Assembly (NCBI RefSeq): GCF_000143415.4
Contig: NW_003314332.1
Span: forward strand, 682,001-746,000
DNA: 64,000 nucleotides
Reading direction: 5' to 3'
From: Selaginella moellendorffii
Lineage: Eukaryota > Plantae > Lycopodiophyta
Shown here in pieces: positions 35,765 to 48,605 of this stretch. The notes beneath the pieces were generated by a model. It did not search any database. It had not been told where the DNA came from and saw only the letters and a list, made by a program, of their open reading frames with translations. The position numbers and the translations under genes were made by a program. How positions within the stretch are numbered: the stretch's first letter is position 1; each line of letters begins with the position of its first letter.

Positions 35765-38620
35765 GCACCCAGAACAATCCCCTGGGATGGATGTCAGCTT
35801 GGAATCCGAGCGGCCGCTCGTTGCCGTGGCGCCCGCCGCAAGCTAGGAAGAGGAGAAAAAGCCCTCGCTGCCGCCATAGCCGAGCTCTCCTCCCTCCTCC
35901 ACAAAATTAGGGTTTGGTTTGGGAAAGAAAGAATCTGTACGCCACGTGGCTCTAACACTCCCACCTGGATCTTTATCACCAGCGTGACCATTGCCGCCCA
36001 CCTAGCTGGAGCCCTGCGAGTACTCCAAGCGCTTCTCGATGTTTGCAGAAAACAATAGATGGAAGAGCCTTAGTGAAGATATCAGCAACCTGGGCCTCAG
36101 CTCTCCTCCCATCACTTGTTCTCTGATGTAGTGGTATTTTATTTGTATATGCTTCGTCCTGGCGTGATATCTCGGATTCTCTGAAAGAGCAATTGCTGAT
36201 TGATTATCCGAGAGAATGACCGTGGGTCCTTGTTGCCGTAGCTGCATACTCGCTACAAGCTCACAAAGCCAGCTCGCCTCTTGTGCTGCCCCTGTCAAAG
36301 CTAGATACTCCACTTCAGTTGTCGACAAGGCTGTCACAGCTTGCCGCTTGCTGCTCCAAGTTACCACACCATCACCAAGGAAAAGGCAATAACCGGATGT
36401 AGACTTCTTGTCGTCTAAATCCCCTGCATAATCTGCATCGGCATAGCCTTGCAAAATAAATGCGTGACCAGAAACATGCCGTTGATAGCTCAGGCCAAAA
36501 TTAGCAGTGCCTCTGAGATAGCGCAAGATGCACTTCACAGCTTGCCAATGTTGCCAGCCTGGATTTGCCATATACTTAGCCACCTCTCCCACAGAATAAG
36601 CAATGTCTGGGCGGGTACAAACGGCCAAGTAGATTAAGCATCCAACGACCTGGCGATATGGCACAAGATCCATCTGTTGCGTCTCAGCCTCACTAGGAGA
36701 CATCTCAGCAGACAAATGAGTACTCGCTTGCATTGGAGTAACGGAAGGATTGAGGTTCTCAAGCCCAAACCTGCGCAATACTTCCTCCACATAAGCTCGT
36801 TGTGAGAGTGTCACAACTCCTGGTCGTGGTTGCTGAACTTGAATCCCAAGGAAAGTGTGCACGGGGCCAAGATCTTGCATCTCAAACTGGGCTCCTAGCT
36901 TTCTCTTGATTTCAGCAAGAAGATACCATCGTCCACATACAAGGCCAAAATGACCAAAGCACCATCCTCAATCTTCATATACACATTTGAGTCGGCATGG
37001 TTTTTCTGGAATCCAAGAGAAATCAGAAAAGAATCAGATGCATGGAGGCCATATAAAGCCTTCTTCAGCCGATAAATCCTCTGGCTCGGATCAAGGCCGG
37101 ATGTAAACCTCCTCAGGAATTTCTCCATGTAAAAATGCAGTCTTCACATCCATTTGCTCCACATAAAGATCATGCTGCGCTGCTAAAGCAAGTAACAGCC
37201 TAGTAGAAGCCATCTTCACGACCGGGCTGAAAGTTTCTGTAAAGTCTATGCCTTCGATCTGAGTAAAGCCTCGTCCCACAAGCCTAGCTTTAAAGCACTG
37301 CACTTCTCCTGAAGGTCCAGCTTTCACGCAGAAAAGTAGCTTTGTCGAAACTACATTAGCATTGTCAGGAACTTCATCAGGAAGATACCAGGTTTCATTT
37401 GTTGCATGAGCTCGCACCCCACACAGCAGCATAAGGAGATTTCTTAGCTTGTGCAAGCGTAACAAGAATCTTCACCTCTGCTGCTGTGAACATAGCCGTT
37501 GAACTCTGATGATAAGAAGCTCTAGCAGCTGCTCGTGCTCGCTTCTCAGCTTGCTCTCGCTGATAAGCTTCACCCTTCGCTGTATAGGTTAAAGGGCGAC
37601 CAGAGCGGCTCAAGACCTGGATAATATCAGGGTCACTGTGACGCACAGGTTACCATACGCTCAGGTTCAGGAATATTGTGCTCGGGCTCAGGATCAGCAA
37701 CCACCTCAGGAACGTGATCAGGCTCTGGAGCTCGTGTCACAGCAGAGGTTGAAGCTCCCCCTGCAGCTGGAGCATAAGCACAGCCAAGTCGAGGTAGAGG
37801 ATCATCCTCCTCATCTTCCCATGGATGAAAGAAAACAGGCTGTGAGCTCGCCCTACTTTCTCCACAAAGAACCTGTAGAAGGAACTCCTGGATCCTTGTG
37901 ACGTTGAAAATACACACGAGATTCATCAAAGATGACATCTCGACTCACAAACTCTTTCCTGAGTCTAGATGAAGGAGTCGATATCCTCGCTGCTCATCAC
38001 TATAGCCCAGAAATATACACTTCTTGGATTTAACATCCAATTTCCCGCGTAGCTCATTAGGAACATGAGAAAAAGCTAGACAGCCAAGCCTCATAAGGTG
38101 TCTTGCCTTGAATAGCTGTGGTCAACACCCTATTACGCATGGCTATCGCATGATCCCAAAACCCTAGGAGGAAGACCAGCATCGGCAATCATCGTCCTAG
38201 CCAGCTCCACCACTGTCCTGTTAAACCGCTCAGCTACCCCGTTAAGCTCAGGAGTGTATGGAACTGTGAATTAAATCAAGCTGGTTCTCCACTTCATGCT
38301 TATAAGCCTTAAATGCTAGCAAAGCTTCGTCCTTAGGAGCTAAGAACTTAACAGCCACATACCTCGTAGCATCATCAATAAACGAAATAAAGTACCTCTT
38401 CTTGCGCTGTGTCATCACTTGAAAAGGGCCACATAAGTCTGAGTGAACCAGCTGAACTGAACACTCCCACCAGAGTTGAACGCCCGACGATGCTGCTTTC
38501 CCATGATGCATGGCTCGCATAATGGCATTGAAAAGGACGTGATGGCCAAGCCATCAACCACGTGGTCTCGCTGCAACTGCTGGATCGTCTTGTGATTCAC
38601 GTGGCCAAGTCGACTTTGGA
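35750..38620 (-). mobile_element. Ty1/copia remnant: 3' LTR (35750-35957), PPT, frameshifted RNaseH/RT/integrase
   Basis: LTR with TGTTA...TAACA ends, PPT GGTGGGAG; ADYAGD, RTKHIQIKYH, YVDD, QMDVKTAFLHG, LVHSDLCGP motifs. Confidence 0.9.
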
Positions 38621-38719
38621 TATCTGCAGTGATGAACTCGCAGATGAACTCACAGTAGCCACTGCCATTGTAGCTAGCAGCTTCCCTGGAACAGAAACCT
38701 TGCAATCCATCCAGAACAG

Positions 38720-38995
38720 TCGTCCTATCTTGCTTGCTGAAGCCAAGAGAAAGCTAGGAGCCCAGTTTGAGATGCAAGATCTTGGCCCTGTGCACACTTT
38801 CCTTGGGATTCAAGTTCAGCAACCACGGCCAGGAGTTGTGACACTCTCACAACAAGCTTATGTGGAGGAAGTATTGCACAGGTTTATTAGAACCTCAATC
38901 CTTCTGTTACTCCAATGCAAGCAAGTACTCATTTTGTCTGTTGAGATGTCTCCTAGTGAGGCTTAGACATAACATATGGAGCTTGTGCCATATTG
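38720..38995 (+). mobile_element. Inverted copia RT fragment
   Basis: Reverse-complement match to ~36650-36925 (LGAQFEMQDLGPVHTFLGIQVQQPRPG). Confidence 0.8.
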
Positions 38996-39029
38996 CATAT
39001 GTTGCTTAATTATTCCATGTGAGGCAATT

Positions 39030-39111
39030 AGTTATCTACCCGTACTACAATTCCGCAGTGGATACCTTCATCTGTGGATACTCCACACAAGCAACTAGTT
39101 ATCCACCCGTA
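39030..39111. repeat. Left remnant of the 68-bp minisatellite, interrupted by the gypsy insertion
   Basis: Same unit as 46638-47330; the TSD CCGTA lies inside the unit. Confidence 0.85.
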
Positions 39112-42100
39112 TGTAAGGAACCGACTCCCCGAGATGTCGTAGGCTAAAGGATCCCCAAAAGCTTGACCGAAATGACAAAGAGTTCATCGGATGGGACCAA
39201 GTCGAGGATCGAGTCCAAGACCGACTCTAGGACCGAGTTCGAGATAGAGTCCGGAATCGAGTCCGAGACCGACTCGGGGACCGAGTTCGAGTCCGAGTTC
39301 GAGACCGAGTTCGAGACGGAGTCCGGATCCGAAATCGGGTCCGAGACCGAGTCCGAGGTCGAGTCCGAGGTCGGGTCCGAGATCGGGTCCGAGATCGGGT
39401 CCGTGATCGAGTCCGAACCCGAATCCGAAGTCGGATCCGAAATCGGGTCCGAGATCGAGCCAGAGACTAAGTCCAAATACTAATACGGGTCAAGGGGTGA
39501 AAGCCCAAAGCGTGCGTCTCCCGGGGGGGGGGCTGCAGGGGGTTCCAAAAGTATAGTAGGGATAGTGAGGTCCAGGAACCAGTTTTGAAGGGACTCTCCA
39601 GTTGGGCTTCCAAACCGACTTGAGGTTGAGACTGGGACCGAGGGGCCTTGGGTGGGAGTGAGCATGGACTTGGCTGGTGCCGGAGGGGCCATCCAAGGAA
39701 GTGCTCAAGAGCAGCTCCCACTCCCGAAAGGGAAACCGATTGCGGTGCTCCCGGCTTATGTGGAGTGGTGCCCCACTTGAGTACCATGCGGCTCATTGGT
39801 CCTCGCCCTTCCTAGGGGCTTGGGCCTTCCTTCGGGATGGAAGTGGGGGGCGAGAGGTACCCATACCGGGCCGCTAGGCCACGGTGTTTCGCCCCGGCAT
39901 CCCGAAGCAAGTGTTGCACTCAAGACTTGGGATTTAGAGGGTCCCATGATCAAGTCTTGTGGTACCAAGGGATGTTAGGAACCTAGAAGCTTGGTGTGCT
40001 TGGCTGCTTGTGCTTGCGGGGAGTGTAGCCGAACCTTAAGTCCAGTCTAACCCGGGGAGGGGGATTGGGAGTGATTTGGGAATCCGTGGAAGGATGGCTA
40101 ACACCCCGTTGCTCGTGCAGTGAGTAGCTGAAACCAAGTAGGAGCTGGTACCATAGGCGAGAACCTTGGCGAGGGGACTTAGCAAAAGCCAAGGCAGTGT
40201 TGGACGGATAGACGAGGTAAGCTGGCAAATTGGAAAGGAAAAATTTGTGGCTTACAATTTGGTATCGGAGCCTTTATCTCAGTTCTAGCGAAGGATAGAG
40301 GCGGATTGCTGGGAGATGGCAAGGGTAGGGCGTAAGCGAACCCAGGCGGAGACGGAACCTCCGCCGGAGCTGGAGCCTCCAGTTGAACAAGAGGCTATGG
40401 ATGAGGAATCCTTGCATGAGGAGGACTCTAGTGAGGAAACTTCCAAACAGGAGTCCGGTGGCGAGGTTCGGTCGTCCAAGGCTCGATTGGACGTGCTAGA
40501 AGGACAGCTGGCACAGACCAATGCCCTGCTGGAGACTCTCGTACGCAAGTTAAAGCGTGACGAGAAGCGGAAGAAAAAGCGAAAGACTGCGGATGAAGGC
40601 AGCGCAGAAGGTGCGGACCCTTCGGCAGGGACTGAGGCAAAACCAGACAAGGTCGAACAGACCGAAGTGGAATCAGTCCCTCAGGCAGTTCCCAAGTACA
40701 AACCAAAGCCCCCACCGGTGTTCAAGGGAGTGAACGACTATAAGGTTGTGGAGGATTGGTTTTACGATATGGAGGACTACTTCCGAGCGTTACGGTTACC
40801 GAGCTCGGAGAAGGTCCCATGTGCAAAACCATACTTGGCAGATAATGCCAAGTCTTGGTGGAGAACAACGGAGGCCAACGAAGGACCAGCGGCCACCTGG
40901 GACATGATGAAGGCGAGGATCCGCGCGACATACGTTCCTCCGAATGCCACTCTGCATCTGAGAGATGAGCTGAGTAGGCTGAAGCAGACTGGAACCATCC
41001 AGGAATATGTGAATGGGTTCATGGCAAAGAGGATACTTGTCACGGACATGGGGGATATGGATGCGTTCCATGCCTTTATATCAGGTTTGCAAACCTGGGC
41101 TCGCGGTGAGGTGATGCGCTGGAACCCGACCAACTACAAGGAAGCGTTGGATGCGGCCATCAAGGTGCATTTCAACGATAACCTGCGAAAGGGGAACACG
41201 ACGGGGTCGGGATCCACGTTTCACAAAGGGGCCAAACCGAGGGGAACATATAGCAGGGGGAAATTCAAGAAGAGTTTCTCTAAGAATGAGTCCTCGGGAT
41301 TCCGGAAAGGCAAATCCGGTGGCCAGCGAGCAAGTACGTGGGGGAGTCAAGCGAAAAGAGACAAACCCACGGATAAAAAGGTCAAGTCATATAGCAGCGT
41401 GGGAAACAACGTATGCTACAACTGCGGTGAAGCGGGACACTTTTCGAGGGAATGTCCCTACCCGAAGAAGGCCAGAACCAATATGGCCATCAAGTCGGGT
41501 GAAGTCCAAAATGAGGTATGTGATCCAGTCCCTAACTCAAAGTTACTCATTACACAAGCAACTTTGGTAGAGAGTCGTTCGCGACATCTACTAGCCCTCC
41601 GAGGGAAGCTCGGAGGTAGCTTTGTTAAGATCCTTATTGACACGGGTGCTTCGGATAATTTTGTGGCTGCAGACATAGTCCGGCAAGCCAGACTAACGGT
41701 GCAGCGGCTAGGCGAACCAAGGACTATAGAGTTTGTTCAAGGTAGCCAAAGCACCGATGAGGTACTTCGACAAGCGAGAGTCGAAGTGGGGACATGGAAA
41801 GTGGACATGGATTTCACCGTCTTGGACATGGCGGGATTTGACGTGATCTTCGGAATGGATTGGTTTAATCGGTTCGTGGTAGCCCTGCATGGACAAGGTA
41901 GGAACCTTGTGGTATTGGCGAATGCCCAAGGAAGAAGATCTAGGGTGGAGGCCTAGGATCTAAAGGTAGGGCAAAGCAAGGCCAAAGAGTCATGCTTAAA
42001 CCTGGTGTCCACGAGAGGACAACTCACTAAAGGAACTAAGGCAGCCTTTTTGTGCTTACTCTCGGTGAAGAGTGACAAAAAGACAAGAACGGAAGAAGTA

Positions 42101-45100
42101 CCTTTAGTGATCCAGCAGGTGCTGGACCAATTCCAGGATACGATGCCGGAGGAGCTACCGGCGGGGTTGCCCCCCGCACGACCGATAGAACATAAGATTG
42201 AGCTAGTCGAGGGTGCTGAGGCGGTGGTTCGTCCACCCTATCGATTGAACGAAAAAGAACTCAAGGAGCTCAAGAGCCAACTAGAGGAGTTGGTGGACAA
42301 AGGGTATGTTAGGTTGAGCAAGTCGCTGTATGGGGCGCCGGTGCTATTTGTGAAAAAGAAAGATGGATCTATGCGCATGTGCATAGACTACCGGTTGCTC
42401 AACAAGTATACCAAGAAGAACAAGTACCCTTTGCCAAGGATCGAGGACCTGTTCGATAGGTTGGGAAAGGCAAAATACTTCTCGAGGATTGACCTAAGGT
42501 CAGGATACTACCAGATCAGGGTAGCTGAGGAAGATGTCGAGAAGACAACCTGTCGAACGAGGTATGGGAGCTTTGAGTTTCTGGTGATGCCCTTTGGGCT
42601 GTGCAATGCGCCGGCAACGTTTTCGGCGTTGATGAACCACATCTTTGTACCCTATCTGGATCACTTCGTGGTCGTCTATATTGACGACATCCTGATCTAT
42701 AGCGAGACGCTAGAGGAGCATGCCGAACACTTGGCGAAGGTGTTTGAGAAACTAAGGGAACACAAACTGTATGCTAAAGAGAGCAAATGTGACTTTGCTC
42801 AACAAGAGGTAAAGTTTCTCGGGCATGTGGTGGGCCAGGACGGGCTCAAGGTGGACCTAGAGAAGGTCCAAGCGATCCAGGATTGGGAGCGACCATCGAA
42901 TGTACATGAGTTGAGGGCATTCCTGGGGCTATGCAACTACTATCGAAAGTTTATCAGACACTATTCGAGAGTAGCCCTGCCCTTAACGGACCAAACAGGA
43001 AAAGGGAAGATGGTATGGACAGCAGAATGCGAGGCGGCATTCATCCACCTCAAAGGGAAGTTGAGGAAGGCTCCCATATTGGCATTGCCAGACTTTGGTA
43101 AGGACTTTGAGGTAGAAACGGATGCTTCGGACTTTGCGTTGGGTGCAGTTCTGAAGCAAGACAACCATCCGGTAGCGTTCTTCTCGAAGAAGCTGGACAA
43201 GGCTCAACGGAAGTGGCCTGCTCACGAGAAGGAATTGTTTGCGGTGGTCAAGGCACTCAAGGAGTGGCGACACTACCTTGGGAGACACTTCAAGGTTTAC
43301 ACGGACAATGTGGCAACGAAACACTTCTTGTCACAGCCCGACCTAAGAGGGAAACAAGGTCGGTGGGCCAATGCCTTGGCCGAGTTTGATTGCAAAATTC
43401 TGTACAAGCCTGGGAAGAGCAACATCGTGGCGGATGCGCTAAGTCGAAAAGCGAGCTTGAAGTTGGCAATATCCAGCGCAACAGCAACCTTCTGGGACGA
43501 TGTGCGGACAGCATATGAGAACGATGGTCTAGCACAGGAAGTGTTGCTGAGGAATCTAGAGGCGCGGGAAGCTCACCAGAGAGGTGAGCTGCCAACGGAA
43601 GAGAAAACGGGCTATGCAGAACGCAACGGACTCATTTATTACAAGCAAACGAGGGTGTATGTTCCAGAAGGGGAACTAAGGAAGGTGGCCTTAGAAGAGT
43701 GTCATGACGGACCTCTTGCGGGACATGGTGGAGTGCCCAAGACGATGGGCTTACTCAAAAGGAAGTACCATTGGCCAGATATGGCTAAGGACGTCCAAGA
43801 CTATGTAAAGACATGTCCAACATGTTAGCAGGTAAAAGCCGTGACCAAGGCTAGTGGGGGCTTGTTGCAAAGCATCCCAATTCCAGATCGCCCGTGGAAA
43901 TGTCTTACAATGGACTTCATCACGGGACTCCCCCCAAGTGAGGGGTTTGATGCGATATTCGTGGTGGTGGACCGATTTTCAAAAATGGCACACTTCATAC
44001 CCACCACAACAGATGTGGATGCGGAAGGTGTGGCAAAGCTGTTCTTTGAACAAGTGGTTCGAGTGCGGGGAAGACCAGAAGAGATCATCTCAGATCTAGA
44101 TAAGATCTTCACCAGTAGGTTCTGGAGGACTCTCCTGGAACAGTATCGCACCAAGTTGAAATTCAGCACAGCCTACCACCCACAGACAGGTATGGGGTAT
44201 TGAGTCAAGTTGTTGGCCCTAACACTTCTTGACAGACGGACAAACGGAAAGGGTGAATAGGCAGCTGGAGGATTATTTGCGATGCTATGTCTCGGGAGAC
44301 CAGACCGATTGGGTAAGTCATTTGGGACTTGCGGAAATGTGTTATAACAACTCACCACATTCGAGTATCGGGGTGAGTCCATGGGAAGTCATCAATGGGC
44401 GAGCTATTGAAGGTCCTGTGGAACTCGGCGTGGCCGAGTATCATGGAGAGTTGCCCGCAGTGGAGGCATTCACGGCGGAAAGACTCAGCATTTGGAATCT
44501 AGTGAGGGATTCCTTGGAACGGGCTCAACAAAGGCAAACTAAATACGCGAACCAGAAGCGTCGGGATGTAGAGTTCCAAGCTGGGGAGAAGGTGTGGCTG
44601 AACACCAAAAACCTCAGACTACCAAGTGGGATCAGCCGAAAGTTGACCCAAAGGTAAAGATGCATGTATTCCTGTAAATGAATTGATCTTGAGTTCCTTA
44701 AGCAGGTTCGCGGGGCCTTACGAGATTGAGGCACGAATCGGTAAAGTGGCTTACCGACTCCGACTTCCTCGAGAGATGGGGAAGATGCACCCAGTGTTCC
44801 ACGTGAACTTACTCAAGCCGTACTTTGAGGATCCGCTTCGCAAGGACCAAGTGAGACCTTTACCTGAGGTTATCCAAGGGGAAGAGGAATACGAAGTCGA
44901 AGCCATCCTCAATGCGCGCAAGAGCAAGCGACAAGGACGCGAGGTGAGAGAGTTCCATGTGAAGTGGAAAGGATTTCCACACTGCGAAGCAACATGGGAA
45001 CCGGAGGAGAACCTAGCGAACGCGCGAGATCTAGTGGAGGAATTTCTGCAAGGCAGAACTCTATGTACTTATGCAAAATTCAATTAAAAATATCAATTTG

Positions 45101-46637
45101 CAAAGTTGAGCAAATGGCATATGTTGGGACCCGAAGGCGCGCCAAAGGTAAGCTAATTAGCATGGGTTGGATAGGTCGACCAGGCGTAGGGCACTACGCC
45201 TGACTCCCCGCGGGGATGTCGAATCCGTAGACGTATTCTACGGAGGTTGGGTTCGAGTCCCAACCCCCTAGTAAAGCAAGGCTGGGTTCAAGTCCCGACC
45301 CTATACTAGGGCGTGGTGAAGTGAGGAGTATAGGGACACCTATATTCCGTTGTCATGGGCTCTTGGCCGGGGAGGCTAACTTAGGCACACCGCTAAGTGG
45401 GGGGATGCCCCCGGAGACATGGACAACAAGTCGTAGGATAAAACGAGACGTTCGATGTGGGCATCGAACTTCTTCTATGGGTGGTGGAGTTGTAAGGAAC
45501 CGACTCCCCGAGATGTCGTAGGCTAAAGGATCCCCAAAAGCTTGACCGAAATGACAAAGAGTTCATCGGATGGGACCAAGTCGAGGATCGAGTCCAAGAC
45601 CGACTCTAGGACCGAGTTTGAGATAGAGTCCGGAATCGAGTCCGAGACCGACTCGGGGACCGAGTTCGAGTCCGAGTTCGAGACCGAGTTCGAGACGGAG
45701 TCCGGATCCGAAATCGGGTCCGAGACCGAGTCCGAGGTCGAGTCCGAGGTCGGGTCCGAGATCGGGTCCGAGATCGAGTCCGTGATCGAGTCCGAACCCG
45801 AATCCGAAGTCGGATCCGAAATCGGGTCCGAGATCGAGCCAGAGACTAAGTCCAAATACTAATACGGGTCAAGGGGTGAAAGCCCAAAGCGTGCGTCTCC
45901 CAGGGGGGGGGGGCTGCAGGGGGTTCCAAAAGTATAGTAGGGATAGTGAGGTCCAGGAACCAGTTTTGAAGGGACTCTCCAGTTGGACTTCCAAACCGAC
46001 TTGAGGTTGAGACTGGGACCGAGGGGCCTTGGGTGGGAGTGAGCATGGACTTGGCTGGTGCCGGAGGGGCCATCCAAGGAAGTGCTCAAGAGCAGCTCCC
46101 ACTCCCGAAAGGGAAACCGATTGCGGTGCTCCCGGCTCATGTGGAGTGGTGCCCCACTTGAGTACCATGCGGCTCATTGGTCCTCGCCCTTCCTAGGGTC
46201 TTGGGCCTTCCTTCGGGATGGAAGTGGGGGGCGAGAGGTACCCATACCGAGCCGCTAGGCCATGGTGTTTCGCCCCAGCATCCCGAAGCAAGTGTTGCAC
46301 TCAAGACTTGGGATTTAGAGGGTCCCATGATCAAGTCTTGTGGTACCAAGGGATGTTAGGAACCTGGAAGCTTGGTGTGCTTGGCTGCTTGTGCTTGCGG
46401 GGAGTGTAGCCGAACCTTAAGTCCAGTCTAACCCGGGGAGGGGGATTGGGAGTGATTTGGGAATCCGTGGAAGGATGGCTAACACCCCGTTGCTCGTGCA
46501 GTGAGTAGCTGAAACCAAGTAGGAGCTGGTACCATAGGCGAGAACCTTGGCGAGGGGACTTAGCAAAAGCCAAGGCAGTGTTGGACGGATAGACGAGGTA
46601 AGCTGGCAAATTGGAAAGGAAAAATTTGTGGCTTACA
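39112..46637 (+). mobile_element. Full-length Ty3/gypsy chromovirus: LTRs 39112-40256 and 45491-46637, TSD CCGTA
   Basis: TGTAAG...CTTACA LTRs with ~10 substitutions; PBS TGGTATCGGAGC; gag zinc knuckle CYNCGEAGHFSREC, protease LIDTGA, RT YIDD, RNaseH, integrase, chromodomain EYEVEAIL...VKWKGF...TWEPEENL; in-frame TAG stops ending at 41956 and 43828. Confidence 0.98.
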
Positions 46638-47330
46638 CCGTACTGCAGTCTCACAGTGAATACCTTTATCCATTGATACTCCACACAATTGCTTCATCCA
46701 CTCATACCTTCATCCGTGGATACTCCACATAGTTGCTTCATCCACTAGTACTACAGTCCCATAGTGGATACCTTCATCCGTGGATACTCCACACAGTTGC
46801 CTCATCCACCCATACTGCAATCCCACAGTGGATACCTTCATGTGTGGAGTATTCCACATAGGCAACTAGTCATCCACCCGTACTGTAGTCCCACAGTGGA
46901 TACCTTCATGTGTGGAGTATTCCACACAGGCAACTAGTCATCCACCTGTACTGCAGTCCCACAGTGGATACTTTCATGTGTGAAGTATTCCACACAAGCA
47001 ACTAGTCATCCACCCGTACTGCAGTCCCACAGTGGATACTTTCATGTGTGGAGTATTCCACACAGGAAACTAATCATCCATCCGTACTGCAGTCCCACAA
47101 TGGATACCTTCATGTGTGGAGTATTCCACACAGGCAACTAGTCATCCACCCATACTACAGTCCCACAGTGTATACCTTCATCCATGGATACTCCACACTG
47201 TTGCCTCATCCACCCGTACTACAGTTCTATAGTGGATACTTTCATCCGTGGATACTCCACACAATTGCTTCATCCACCTGTACTGCAGTCCCACAATGGA
47301 TACCTTCATCTGTGGATACTCCACACAAGA
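46638..47330. repeat. Minisatellite, ~66-68 bp unit, ~10 copies
   Basis: Unit CACCCGTACTGCAGTCCCACAGTGGATACCTTCATGTGTGGAGTATTCCACACAGGCAACTAGTCATC; period 68 at 46875/46943/47011/47079. Confidence 0.95.
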
Positions 47331-47599
47331 GGAAAGACGTGGGCATCCATGTCATACACATGGATGCATAATACGTACGATTTTAAATTTAGGGGTAAAA
47401 ATATACCTTGCTCAAGAGTATATTATATTTTAAGTAGCCACTAATTAATGAAAATCGAACCCTTGCCATTTTCTTTGATACGGAAAATATAGCACACTTT
47501 ATTTCTCTTCCCTTAAACCAACTAAAAAAGGGGTAATTGTTTGATGAGAAAGCCCTTTGATGGCTATTTTATCCAAGGTTTCAAGGATCCACAATAACA

Positions 47600-48195
47600 G
47601 TATATTCAAATCTCATTCCATAATCACATGCACTACACATATCCACATCTTCTTGTAGGTCCACTCCCATAATTTCACAAATTGACTTCCAATTCTCAGC
47701 AAAACTCTTCTCCATATTCATGTGGACACTGTAGAGAGGGTTGAGTCTTCCTCCTAACGCTCCATTTGCCTAGTATCCATATCTTTCCACTCATTATATG
47801 GATCTGTGTCATCATCATCTTTGGACGGGCATTCATCCAAATACCATAGGCCAGACAGGCCAGAATCCCCACCTCATAAACCAGAACTGTGCATGTTTTT
47901 TCCAGGCAAGGAAATTCGTCTTATCGAACTGCTCCATGTCTCTGGAGGAAGAAGATGACGCCATCCTATCCTAGCATCTATGGCACTGATCTGCCAGAAA
48001 AACCTAACTTATTGCTCTGATACCATGATGAGAGAAGCCAGGCCTCATGGCCTAGTGTGCTATAAAGAATGAGAACACTCCCAAAACAATCCCCTGGGAT
48101 GGATCTCACACATGATGGGAAAGAAAACTAAGAAAGCCCTAAACTGAAGGAATGTGACTCAAGCTATAGGTGCTGTATGCCACGTGGCTCTAACA
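47600..48195 (-). mobile_element. Ty1/copia 5' LTR (48026-48195), PBS and degraded gag start
   Basis: PBS TGGTATCAGAGC at 48014-48025; gag MASSSSSRDMEQFDKTNFLAWKK; LTR shares AACAATCCCCTGGGATGGAT and GCCACGTGGCTCTAACA with 35750-35957. Confidence 0.8.
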
Positions 48196-48204
48196 AAATT
48201 GTCC

Positions 48205-48570
48205 CCCCTATATATATACACACGCTCTCATCTAATTGAGCAATTCTTAGTCAACTGATACAAAGTCAAGCAGAATTAATTGGAAACTGATCCCTTGCTT
48301 TGGTAGCTTCCTCGAATCTTACGAGCTACCGAAGTGGAAAATCGATCAGCCTTTCTTTGGCGGTGATCTCTTCCATGATGAGTGCGTATGACGCTGAAAA
48401 TTCTTCATTTTTCGATCTCTCGCACGATCAATCAATCAGCAACTTTGAGCGTCAGCCAACTTGTTTCTGAAGTGTGTTCCAGCTGTTTGCCACACTTGAT
48501 CAACAAAGTCAAGAAGAATTCATTGGAATGAGAAGTCAACTGATCCAATGCATGATCTAATATAAGTTCT
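48205..48570. promoter_or_regulatory. W-box-rich, possibly bidirectional promoter
   Basis: TTGACT (minus strand) at 48249, 48264, 48507, 48534; TATATATA at ~48208 and TATAA at ~48561. Confidence 0.5.
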
Positions 48571-48605
48571 TCAATAAATATGTGTGAAGATCGATTCACC
48601 GGGAT

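Noticed and set aside
39144-39483. Acidic 106-110 aa ORFs, repeated at 45523-45862
   Set aside because: By-products of the hexamer repeat array inside the LTRs.
41954-41956. Programmed gag-pol readthrough at TAG
   Set aside because: The stop lies after the protease, and a second TAG (43826-43828) replaces a Gln position; both fit CAG-to-TAG decay. Other copies would be needed to reconsider.
46638-47330. CRISPR-like array of palindromic repeats
   Set aside because: Units are contiguous with no unique spacers, there are no cas genes, and the context is eukaryotic.
35750-48195. One intact copia element spanning both short LTRs
   Set aside because: The LTRs share only two short blocks, differ in length (208 vs 170 bp), and have no matching TSD.
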